Assembly (NCBI RefSeq): GCF_000189295.2
Contig: NC_016803.1
Location: 3,240,001 to 3,272,000, forward strand
Length of the DNA stretch: 32,000 nucleotides
Origin: Pseudodesulfovibrio mercurii
GTDB lineage: Bacteria; Desulfobacterota; Desulfovibrionia; Desulfovibrionales; Desulfovibrionaceae
Direction of reading: 5' to 3'
This document shows, one piece after another, positions 18,844 through 26,663 of this stretch (positions are counted from its first letter, which is position 1; each line of letters begins with the position of its first letter). The notes below the pieces were generated by a model. It saw nothing but the letters and a program-made list of their open reading frames with translations, searched no databases and was not told where the DNA came from. Made by a program: the position numbers and the translations under genes.

Positions 18844-18877
18844 CGAAAAAACCGGGCCGCGTCCGTCTGACAATGTC

Positions 18878-21013
18878 ATGAACATCCACTTGCCCATCAT
18901 CCATCGTCCGAGGCCCGTCGCCGGGTGGCTGCCCGCCCTGGTCCCGGCATTGTTCCTGCTGCTGACGTCGGTCGCCTTCGGGGCGCAGAAGTACGCCCTG
19001 CTCATCGGCATCAACGACTATTCCCACACCGGCTTCCGCTCCCTGCGCGGGGCCAGGAACGACATCGACCTCATGCGCGGGGTGCTCGTCTCCCGCTTCG
19101 GGTTCGCGCCCGGGCATATCGTCCAGCTGGTGGACGGCCAGGCCACGCACACGGCCATCCGCGACGCCTTCCACCGCCTGCGGGACACGGTCGGTCCCGG
19201 AGATTTCGTCTACATCCACTATTCCGGCCACGGCTCCTCGGTCTGCGACGTGAGCGGCGACGAGGGACCCGGCGGGCTGGACTCCACCTGGGTCGCCTTC
19301 GGATCGAGGACCGGCGGCAAGGGCAAGGCCGGGCCCGTGGACTGCCGCCTGCTGCGCGAGCGGGCGGGGACCCTCCCCGCCTGGAGCGACGGCATCGACT
19401 CCTACGACATCCTGGACGACGAACTGAATGGCTGGCTGGTGGAGTTGGGCCGCGTCACGGACAACATCGTGTTCGTGTCCGATTCCTGCCACTCCGGCAC
19501 CGTGACCCGGAGCTTCGAGGCTCGGGCCACGCGCGGCCTGCCCCGCGATTTCCGGCCCTACGTGCCCGGCCGGATCGAGACCGGGACCCTGCGGGGCGTC
19601 CGGATCGGGGCCTGCCGGGACGACGAAAAGGCCGGGGAGTACCGCACCGGGGACAAGGTCTACGGCATGTTCACCTGGTTCTGGGCCAATGCCCTGATGG
19701 AGGTCGGGCCGGACGCCACCTGGCAGGACCTGGTCAAGCGGGCCTCCGCGCTCATCGGCTACGAGTACGCCGGGTATTCCAATCAGCACCCGCAGATCGA
19801 GGGCGGCCTGGACCGGGAGGTCTTCGGCGGCGGCGGGCGGGACCTGGACGACAGGGTGTCCGTGGCCGGAGTGGACGACGGCCTGGTGTCCCTCAATGCG
19901 GGCAGCCTGTCCGGAGTGACCGTCAACTCGCTCTACGTGGACACGTCCCGGGGGGGCGGAGCCGGGGAGCGCAGCGTGCGGATCGTCTCGGTGGAGCCGA
20001 CCATGAGCATCGGCGAGACCTCGGCGGACCTGAAGCCGGGGGACCTGCTGTCCCTGAAGCGGTTCTGGCCCGAAGCCTCCTCCCGGTCGATCTTCGTGCG
20101 CGCGGAGCTGCCCGGCGACGCCCTCTACGCGGCCATGGCCCGCGAGGCCGTGCGGAACATGCCGCAGTTCGAGCTCGCCGGGGACGAATCCTCGGCGGAC
20201 CTGATCCTGCACATCTTCCGGCCCGGCAGGGGGGCGGCCAAGGACGCCGCCCGGCAGGAAGGCCCGCCCGCATCGGACGAAAGCGCCCCGGTCCAGTGCT
20301 GGATTCTTTCCCCGGACGGGCGGCCCCTGGCCGAGGGCGGGCGCAGGCTCACCCTGGCCGTGACGCGGGACTGGGAGAAGCCCCTAGAGGATGCCCTGGA
20401 ACGGGTCTCCAGGGTGCGCCATCTGCTGACCCTCAAGTCGCCGCCGGGCGCGGCCCGGCCGGTGATCATGGAGATGACCATCTGGAAGCCCGCCGTTGCC
20501 GGGGCCACGGGCGAGATTCGGGAGATCGGCGGCAGGCGCTACGCCCGCTGGGGCAGCTTCGACACGGACGTTTCCGACACGGCCGTCCTGGCCGTGGGCG
20601 ACGTGCTGACGTTCGGCATGTACAACCAAAGCGATACGCCGTATTACTGCTATCTGATCGATATCACTGACGACGGCAGGATTCTGCCCTTCTACCCGAC
20701 CGAGGAGAAGGGCATGGAATCGGGCAAGGTGCTGCCGGGGCAGACCCTGGACACGGCGGACGACCTTTCCCTGGAAATGGACCGGTCCGGGCGCGAATAC
20801 ATCCAGCTGATCGTCAGCCGGGACCCGGTGGACATCGGCCTGCTCAACCAGCGCCGGGCCGGGTCTTCCGGCAAGGACCTGGGCTTTGCCGGGAGCTTCC
20901 TGCTGCCCGCCTCCGGCCGTGGCAAGGACGTGGACCGGAGCGTCCCCCCGGCGCAGTGGGCAACGGAAAAACTGGTCCTGGACATAGCCGCCCGGGGCGG
21001 GAGCAACTCATGA
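18878..21013 (+). CDS. Exported caspase-like peptidase (C14 family) with middle domain and C-terminal DUF4384-like domain (paralogue 2)
   Basis: The real start is the ATG at 18878 (MNIHLPIIHRPRPVAGWLPALVPALFLLLTSVAFGAQ, a signal/anchor). Motifs: ALLIGINDY, catalytic His in HYSGHGSS, catalytic Cys in VSDSCHSGT. The C-terminal VGDVLTFGMYNQSDTPYYCYLIDITDDGRILPFYPTEE...YIQLIVSRDP is DUF4384-like. The upstream 120 codons of the track ORF are a shadow of the anti-sigma gene. Confidence 0.9.
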   Translation: MNIHLPIIHRPRPVAGWLPALVPALFLLLTSVAFGAQKYALLIGINDYSHTGFRSLRGARNDIDLMRGVLVSRFGFAPGHIVQLVDGQATHTAIRDAFHRLRDTVGPGDFVYIHYSGHGSSVCDVSGDEGPGGLDSTWVAFGSRTGGKGKAGPVDCRLLRERAGTLPAWSDGIDSYDILDDELNGWLVELGRVTDNIVFVSDSCHSGTVTRSFEARATRGLPRDFRPYVPGRIETGTLRGVRIGACRDDEKAGEYRTGDKVYGMFTWFWANALMEVGPDATWQDLVKRASALIGYEYAGYSNQHPQIEGGLDREVFGGGGRDLDDRVSVAGVDDGLVSLNAGSLSGVTVNSLYVDTSRGGGAGERSVRIVSVEPTMSIGETSADLKPGDLLSLKRFWPEASSRSIFVRAELPGDALYAAMAREAVRNMPQFELAGDESSADLILHIFRPGRGAAKDAARQEGPPASDESAPVQCWILSPDGRPLAEGGRRLTLAVTRDWEKPLEDALERVSRVRHLLTLKSPPGAARPVIMEMTIWKPAVAGATGEIREIGGRRYARWGSFDTDVSDTAVLAVGDVLTFGMYNQSDTPYYCYLIDITDDGRILPFYPTEEKGMESGKVLPGQTLDTADDLSLEMDRSGREYIQLIVSRDPVDIGLLNQRRAGSSGKDLGFAGSFLLPASGRGKDVDRSVPPAQWATEKLVLDIAARGGSNS

Positions 21014-21645
21014 ACAGCGTGAAATGGTGTCTTGTCGTCGTATTGAGCCTGTTGTTCGCCGCGCCATGCGGCGCGGGCGAGCGCGTGAACCGCAGCGCCG
21101 AGGACGGGGCCAAGTCGCCCCGGGTGGTGATGATCGAGCAATACGCCCTGTCCGTGTCCATGGCCGACTACGGCGAGAGTTCCGGCAATCCGGTGGTCCT
21201 CCTGGCCGCTGCCCAGATTATGAAGGACGCCGGGCTCGGTGCCGAGGCGGACCGGGACGCGGCGCGCATCCTGGAGTCGGCCATGCGGCGCGCGGGCACG
21301 AACCTCAAGCTGCGCTCCCTGATCACCGCCGAGATGCGGCGGCAGGGCATGCGCGGCAATGTCCAGGGCCCGGCCAAGAACGTCAACCGGCTGGAGCCGA
21401 GCGGCGCGGCCGAGCACGACGTCCGCTTCATGGCCGGGGAACGGGCCGCGGTCTACGTCAAGAGCCGTGGCGGCCGCTTCAAGGTCTCGGTCTACGACGA
21501 AAACGGCGGCCTGGTGGCCGACCGGGACGGCGTGGACAGGGAGTGCATGGTCCAGTGGACGCCCGACTGGGACGGGCTGTTCACCATCAAGGTGGCCAAC
21601 CGGGAACAGGGGGCCGAACTGGCCTACCTCATGCTGACCAACTAG
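21010..21645 (+). CDS. Secreted hypothetical protein with a possible pre-peptidase-C-terminal-like beta-sandwich
   Basis: The ATG overlaps the caspase stop (ATGA at 21010-21013). Signal peptide: MNSVKWCLVVVLSLLFAAPCGAG. The C-terminal FMAGERAAVYVKSRGGRFKVSVYDENGGLVADRDG...WDGLFTIKVANRE resembles PPC-type domains. That resemblance is a low-confidence judgement by eye. Confidence 0.65.
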   Translation: MNSVKWCLVVVLSLLFAAPCGAGERVNRSAEDGAKSPRVVMIEQYALSVSMADYGESSGNPVVLLAAAQIMKDAGLGAEADRDAARILESAMRRAGTNLKLRSLITAEMRRQGMRGNVQGPAKNVNRLEPSGAAEHDVRFMAGERAAVYVKSRGGRFKVSVYDENGGLVADRDGVDRECMVQWTPDWDGLFTIKVANREQGAELAYLMLTN

Positions 21646-21662
21646 CGCCCACGGAGAGAGAC

Positions 21663-22187
21663 ATGTTTCGGAAATTCTGCATCGGGGTTTGTCTGGCATT
21701 CGCGGCGGTCGCCCTGGCCGGGGTCGCCCTGGCCGGGGAGGTGATCGACAGCGACACCCTGGTCCGGCAGCTGGAGGACGGCGGGAGCGGCGGCATGCGC
21801 ACGCGCGGCTTCACGGTCAACAAGGCCGCGGCCGAGACGCCCAGGCCCTCGGCGACCGTCTACATCTATTTCGCCACCAACAGCGCGGTCATCACCGGCG
21901 AGCAATCCTTCAGGCAGCTCGACGAGCTGGGCCGGGCCCTGACCTCAAGCGCCCTGCGCGGGGCGCGCATGGAGATCGGCGGCCATACGGACAGCGTGGG
22001 CAGCGATGCCTACAACCTGCAATTGTCCAGGAAGCGGGCCCAGGCCGTGAGCGACTATCTCAACAAGAAGTATGGGTTCACGGCTGCGGCCGTCACGGGC
22101 TACGGCGAGTCCGCCCCCGTGGCCTCCAACGAGACCGCCGAGGGGCGGGCCGGGAACCGCCGGGTGGTCATCACCCGCCTGGATTAG
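21663..22187 (+). CDS. OmpA/MotB-family peptidoglycan-binding protein (exported)
   Basis: Signal peptide MFRKFCIGVCLAFAAVALAGVALAGE. OmpA_C motifs: IYFATNSAVI, IGGHTDSVGSDAYNLQLSRKRAQAV, GYGESAPV, NRRVVI. Confidence 0.9.
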   Translation: MFRKFCIGVCLAFAAVALAGVALAGEVIDSDTLVRQLEDGGSGGMRTRGFTVNKAAAETPRPSATVYIYFATNSAVITGEQSFRQLDELGRALTSSALRGARMEIGGHTDSVGSDAYNLQLSRKRAQAVSDYLNKKYGFTAAAVTGYGESAPVASNETAEGRAGNRRVVITRLD

Positions 22188-22206
22188 GCTCGGGGAAGTC
22201 TGCGCC

Positions 22207-24279
22207 GTGAAATTCAAGTGGAAGCTCCTGCTGGTCCTGCTGGCCGTGGCCCTGGTGCCCCTGCTGGTCATGCGGGTGGTCATCCAGGACGCGGACGAGG
22301 AGTCCGCCCGTGTCCTGGCAGAGCGGTTCGGCCTGGGCGTGTCCGTGGGCCGGGACGCGGACGACGACCTGTCCATGCCCCTTGAGGACATCCTCGTGGC
22401 CCGGACCGAATCCGAACTGCTCTCCGTGGCCCGACGGTCCGCCCGGACGGCCGGGGACCGCTTCCGGCTGCTCGCCCAGGTGCAGCGGGAACAGCTGCGC
22501 CTGCTGGCCGGAGACGCGCCCCAGGATACGCCGCCCGAGCGGACCGGGGCCGGGAGCGGCTACTGGGCCTGGACCGGGGACGGCAAGCGGTCCCGGCTGG
22601 AGGTGGATCTCTCCTCGCTCACCACGCTCTCCCCGGAAGGCGGCGTCCCTGCGGCCCCGGACGGGTTTCTCGGGACGGCGCTCCCCGCCCTCGAATTCGG
22701 CAAGCGCTCCCTGCCCCGGCTGGTCCTGTGGCAGTGGGCCCGGTCCACGGATGGGACCGTCTGCCTGTATCCCGGACTGCCGGGCAACGGGGGCGCGCTC
22801 GTCCGGGAGTTCGCCGCCGTGGGCAGGGAGGCGGTCGGCACACCGGTTACGGTCCTGGCCAGCCCGGCCACGCACCAGCTGATGCTGCTCTCGACCCTGC
22901 GGGGCCGGACCCTGTCATCCCCCACGGTCACGGTGGCGGCCGCCATGGACGACCTGTTCGACAGCGCGGACGCGGTGGGGTTGCCCGCCGGCATCCAGTG
23001 GTTTTTCGTCCAGGCGGACGGGGAGGTGGTGCGCCTGCTCGCCTCGCGCACGCCCGGCGACGATCCCGGCTCCCTGTACTGGGCCTCGGGCGACCCCCTG
23101 CCCGACCTCGGGCCTGACCGGGGCGGCCCGCTCCGGGCCGGTCTCCGGGACGGCGGCCACGGGTCGTTTCGCCGGGGCGAAGGGGACGCCGACCATCTCT
23201 GGATCTTTGCCGGGCTGGGGGTGCGCGGCCTGGGCGTGGTCCTGCGCCTGTCCGTGTCCTCCCTGCTCGGGCAGTCCCTCCAGGCCGAGCGGTTCGTCGG
23301 CGAGACCATCCGGGTCCGGCACCGGACCATGATGCTGGTCATCGCGGGCCTGGGGCTGCTGACCCTGCTCGCGGCCCTGGCCCTGTCGAGCACCATGACC
23401 CGGCGCATGGAGCGGCTGGCCGAGGCGTTCAGGCAGGTGGCGGCGGGCGATTTTTCGGTCCGGGTGCGGGTGCGCGGCCGGGACGAGCTGGCCCAGCTGG
23501 GCGCGACCTTCGACGAGATGGTCCCGGCCCTGGACGAGCAGGTGCGCATGAAGCGGGACATGGCCGTGGCCCGTGGCATTCAGCAGTGCCTCATGCCCGA
23601 GGACGCGCCGTCCGCGCCGGGGCTGGACGTGGCCGGAATGTCCATCCCGCACGACGAGACCGGCGGGGATTACTATGATTTCTTCCGCTTCGACAACGGC
23701 GAGGTCGGGGCCGTGGTCGGGGACGTCACCGGACACGGCATCCCGGCGGCCCTGCTCATGGCCAGCTCGCGGGCCTTCCTCCGCGCCAACCTCGATGGGG
23801 GGGCGGATGCGGGACAGGTCCTGACCCGCGCCAACGAGCTGCTTTCGCGGGACATCCAGACCACGGGCCGGTCCATGACCGCGTTCCTGTGCGCCGTGGA
23901 CCCTGCCCGCCGGATGATCCGCTGGTCCCGCGCCGGACACGATCCGGCCATCGTCTACCTGCCCGGCAGCGGCGCCTTCGAGGAACTGGCCGGGGACAGC
24001 GGGCTGCCGCTGGGCGTCATGGACGGGATGGAATATGTGGAGGAGCGGCGGGAACTGCCCGAGGGCGCCGTGGTCTTCTTCGGCACGGACGGGGTCTGGG
24101 AGACCCATGGCCGGGACGGGGAGCTGTTCGGCAAGGACCGGGTCAGGGCGATCCTCCGGGAGAACGCGGACCGTTCCGCCGGGGCCATCGCCGACGTGAT
24201 CCTGTCCTCGGTCCGGGCCTTCGCCGGTGACGACGGGGTCGAGGACGACCTGACCCTGATCGTGCTCAGGCTGGTCTAG
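22207..24279 (+). CDS. Membrane sensor PP2C-type (SpoIIE/RsbU-like) serine phosphatase with periplasmic domain and HAMP
   Basis: GTG start at 22207 (VKFKWKLLLVLLAVALVPLLV is TM1). A periplasmic region of about 370 aa leads to TM2 (MMLVIAGLGLLTLLAALALS) and a HAMP domain (FRQVAAGDFSVRVRVRGRDELAQLGATFDEM). PP2C motifs: ARGIQQCLMP, GGDYYDF, VVGDVTGHGIPAALLMA, FGTDGVWE, DDLTLIVL. Confidence 0.9.
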   Translation: MKFKWKLLLVLLAVALVPLLVMRVVIQDADEESARVLAERFGLGVSVGRDADDDLSMPLEDILVARTESELLSVARRSARTAGDRFRLLAQVQREQLRLLAGDAPQDTPPERTGAGSGYWAWTGDGKRSRLEVDLSSLTTLSPEGGVPAAPDGFLGTALPALEFGKRSLPRLVLWQWARSTDGTVCLYPGLPGNGGALVREFAAVGREAVGTPVTVLASPATHQLMLLSTLRGRTLSSPTVTVAAAMDDLFDSADAVGLPAGIQWFFVQADGEVVRLLASRTPGDDPGSLYWASGDPLPDLGPDRGGPLRAGLRDGGHGSFRRGEGDADHLWIFAGLGVRGLGVVLRLSVSSLLGQSLQAERFVGETIRVRHRTMMLVIAGLGLLTLLAALALSSTMTRRMERLAEAFRQVAAGDFSVRVRVRGRDELAQLGATFDEMVPALDEQVRMKRDMAVARGIQQCLMPEDAPSAPGLDVAGMSIPHDETGGDYYDFFRFDNGEVGAVVGDVTGHGIPAALLMASSRAFLRANLDGGADAGQVLTRANELLSRDIQTTGRSMTAFLCAVDPARRMIRWSRAGHDPAIVYLPGSGAFEELAGDSGLPLGVMDGMEYVEERRELPEGAVVFFGTDGVWETHGRDGELFGKDRVRAILRENADRSAGAIADVILSSVRAFAGDDGVEDDLTLIVLRLV

Positions 24280-25941
24280 CTATTTGCCCATGTATTCGTC
24301 CAGCGCCTGGTTCACGCTCTCTTTGAGGAAGAACAGGTAGCGGGTCACCGGATAGTAGCTCCCCCGCGATTCCTTCAGCGTGAAGGTCTTCAACGTGTCC
24401 TTTTTCGCATCGTAGAAGTTGCACAGGACGTATATTTGATTCGAGGTGTTCAGGGTGCTCAGGTAGGTCGACACGGCCATCAGGGTGTCGGCGTGCAGCT
24501 GAACCGCCATCTGCCTGAGGATATTGGTGTCGGGGGGCCGGGAGGCCCCGCCGGACCACAGGATCGCCTCCGCGTTCGGGGACAGGGTATAGGGATGCGC
24601 CGGCGAATCCCCGTCTCCGGCGCAAAAGACGGAAAGGACGTCCTTTCTCTCGGCCAGGACGGAGAGCAGCTTTTCCCGTCCCTTCACCTCCCAGTCGCGC
24701 CGCTTGTATTTGTAGGTCCAGGCAAAGGCCATGGGCGCCACAGAAAGGACGAGCCTGCCGTTGGCGGCGCTCAGGGCTTTTTGCCTGGCGGACAGGGGAT
24801 CGACGTCGGTATGGACGATGTCCGATCCGCCTGAAACGATCCGGTTCTGCTGCAATGCGGCCACCTGTTGCCGCATGGCTTCCAACTGGGCCTTGAGCTC
24901 CTCGTCGGTCTGGCCGGATTGCGGGGCCGGGACGGGCTGCGGCCGGGTCTCGGCCTGTTCCTGCATGGCGGCCATCTGCTGCTGCACGGCCGCGAGCTGG
25001 GCCTTGAGCTCCTCGTTGGAATCGTCGGGCTGCCGCGTCTGGACCAGTTCGGCGTTCTGCCGGGCCTGCTCCTGGAGCGCCGCCATCTGCTGTTGCATGG
25101 CCAGGAGCTGCGCCTTGAGCGCCTCGGTCTCGGGGGTGACGGCCGGGGCGGGCGGGGGCGTCGGCGCGGCGACCGGTTCCGGTTTCTTCTCACGGAAATA
25201 GAACTTGCCGATCAGGGACGAGGATTCCCACGGCGTCTGGCGACCGCCGGTGTCCCGGATCACGCCGCGCCGGACCTGCATGAAGGTGTCGTAGATGTCC
25301 AGGCCGGGGGTGTTCATGGCCGCGAGCAGGTTCTTGGTGTAGACCCCGTTGCGTCCCTCCCCGTCGGCCGCCACCGAGCCCGGAGCCGTGGCGTAGGCCA
25401 TGATGGACCCGGTGGGCGCGTCCATGCGGGCCAGGCCGGTGGTCTCGGAGCGCATGGACCGGGCAAAGGGGTTGTTGCGGCAGGCGTCCAGGATGATGAT
25501 GTTCATCTGGTTGCCCGCCAGCTTCAGGTGATCCAGGATGCGGCCCGCCGAGACCGCCTCATAGGGCACGTCCGCCTCGGTCTCGATGTCCGCGTCCACC
25601 GGGATGAGGTAGTTCTCCCCGTTCACCTGGATGCCGTGCCCGGCGAAATAGAAGAGGCCCACGCCGCCGTCCGCCAGCTGCCTGGACAGCTTGCGCACGG
25701 CGTTCTCCATCTGGCGCCGGGTGCCGTCGGTCAGGAGCGTGACCCGGAAGCCGAGTCCCTCGAGTTCCCTGCCGACGTCCGTGGCGTCGTGGACGGGGTT
25801 GGCCAGGGGCATGCCGGGGTAGGCGGAATTGCCGATGACCAGGGCGGTTTTCTGGGGAGCGGCGGCCCTGGCGGGCGCGAGAAGGAGCAGGGTTGTCGCC
25901 AACAGCGAGACGACGATGGCGATGGGGGTTCTGGTGTGCAC
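24280..25941 (-). CDS. Exported caspase-like peptidase (C14) with Pro-rich linker, 3 x 37-aa coiled-coil repeat and unknown C-terminal domain (paralogue 3)
   Basis: GTG start at 25941 (GGAG 6 nt upstream), with signal peptide TPIAIVVSLLATTLLLLAPARA. Motifs: ALVIGNSAY, catalytic His in YFAGHGIQ, catalytic Cys in ILDACRNNPF. Then a KKPEPVAAPTPPPAPAVTPE linker, three EELKAQLxAxQQQxAAxQEQ repeats, and about 190 aa with no family I recognise. Confidence 0.9.
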   Translation of the reverse strand: MHTRTPIAIVVSLLATTLLLLAPARAAAPQKTALVIGNSAYPGMPLANPVHDATDVGRELEGLGFRVTLLTDGTRRQMENAVRKLSRQLADGGVGLFYFAGHGIQVNGENYLIPVDADIETEADVPYEAVSAGRILDHLKLAGNQMNIIILDACRNNPFARSMRSETTGLARMDAPTGSIMAYATAPGSVAADGEGRNGVYTKNLLAAMNTPGLDIYDTFMQVRRGVIRDTGGRQTPWESSSLIGKFYFREKKPEPVAAPTPPPAPAVTPETEALKAQLLAMQQQMAALQEQARQNAELVQTRQPDDSNEELKAQLAAVQQQMAAMQEQAETRPQPVPAPQSGQTDEELKAQLEAMRQQVAALQQNRIVSGGSDIVHTDVDPLSARQKALSAANGRLVLSVAPMAFAWTYKYKRRDWEVKGREKLLSVLAERKDVLSVFCAGDGDSPAHPYTLSPNAEAILWSGGASRPPDTNILRQMAVQLHADTLMAVSTYLSTLNTSNQIYVLCNFYDAKKDTLKTFTLKESRGSYYPVTRYLFFLKESVNQALDEYMGK

Positions 25942-25991
25942 GGTAAACTCCGGGGACAGGGTGAGACTCGGTGGCTCGGCGGCAGGCCGTG

Positions 25992-26020
25992 AACATATCA
26001 ACAAGCGCCAACTTGTTCAA
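25992..26020 (-). promoter_or_regulatory. Candidate sigma70-type promoter for caspase paralogue 3, overlapping a short palindrome
   Basis: The minus strand reads TTGAAC (26020-26015), a 17-nt spacer, then TATGTT (25997-25992). The spacer contains AACAAG-N8-CTTGTT. This would place the TSS about 45 nt upstream of the GTG at 25941 and downstream of the track's ATG at 26004. Confidence 0.3.
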
Positions 26021-26164
26021 TTCCTAGATAAGGGCCTCCTGATTCCGGCCTCCACAGATACGGGGACGGACACCTCCGGCCGATTTTTCTCCTGTTCGGC
26101 AAAATGGTTTTCCACCGTTCGCGCGGGGCGCGCCGGACGGCCGTCCGTGCGCAACGGACCGGGG

Positions 26165-26207
26165 CGGAAAACGGGCCGGGGCCCCGCACGTCCGCACGGG
26201 GCCCCGG
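26165..26207 (-). terminator. Terminator-like GC hairpin after the amphi-Trp/ParA/GAK operon
   Basis: A perfect 11-bp stem pairs CCGGGGCCCCG (26176-26186) with CGGGGCCCCGG (26197-26207) around a 10-nt loop. On the minus strand it is followed by CCCGUUUUCC. It starts 25 nt after the TAA at 26232-26234. Confidence 0.5.
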
Positions 26208-26231
26208 TTCCGGATGGGTGTCGCGGGCCGG

Positions 26232-26663
26232 TTATTCGCCCGATATCTTGAGGGATTCGGCCTGGGAGCCGTCGTCGAGCCATTCCAGCTCGATCTCGCA
26301 TTTGGCCTTGTCCTTTTTGCGGGCCAGCTTGAGCTCCACCTGCATGGTCTCGGGCACGCCGAGGACCAGGGTGCCGCCCTCGTTCTCGGCGCGGATGACG
26401 CCGGATTCGATGGAGTCGGCCAGGTCCTTGAGGTAGGCGACCACCTGGGCCGTGTCCATGGTCTGTTCGATCTTGATCTTGCCTTTGCCCATCGTGGTCT
26501 CCTCGTTGTCGGTCGCGGCCGGGCGGAACAGGCCGGTGCGCGGTCCGGCCGTGTCCGCCCGCGGGGCGGGTTGCGTGGTTTCGGGGGCCGGGCCGGAGGC
26601 CTCGGGGGTCGCGGCGGGCGTGACCCACTCAAGAGGGTTGGTCCCGAGTCTCTCGTCGCTCAT
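26232..26663 (-). CDS. Amphi-Trp domain protein with Pro/Thr/Ala-rich N-terminal extension
   Basis: KIKIEQTMDTAQVVAYLKDLADSIESGVIRAENEGGTLVLGVPETMQVELKLARKKDKAKCEIELEWLD matches my memory of the amphi-Trp domain: alternating-charge strands and a conserved Trp in an ElEW motif. The ATG at 26663 overlaps the ParA stop (ATGA), and the 57-codon extension has high GC3. An alternative internal ATG at 26492 has a strong GAGGAG RBS. Confidence 0.75.
   Translation of the reverse strand: MSDERLGTNPLEWVTPAATPEASGPAPETTQPAPRADTAGPRTGLFRPAATDNEETTMGKGKIKIEQTMDTAQVVAYLKDLADSIESGVIRAENEGGTLVLGVPETMQVELKLARKKDKAKCEIELEWLDDGSQAESLKISGE

Noticed and set aside
22207-24279. RsbU-type partner-switching module (PP2C with STAS anti-anti-sigma and anti-sigma kinase)
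   Set aside because: No STAS-domain or HATPase anti-sigma kinase ORF is present anywhere in the window. The adjacent anti-sigma factor is ZAS-type, not RsbW-type.
25998-26189. 63-aa minus-strand ORF in the gap between the GAK operon and caspase paralogue 3
   Set aside because: It overlaps the terminator hairpin and the candidate promoter, is Arg/Pro-rich, and has no RBS.
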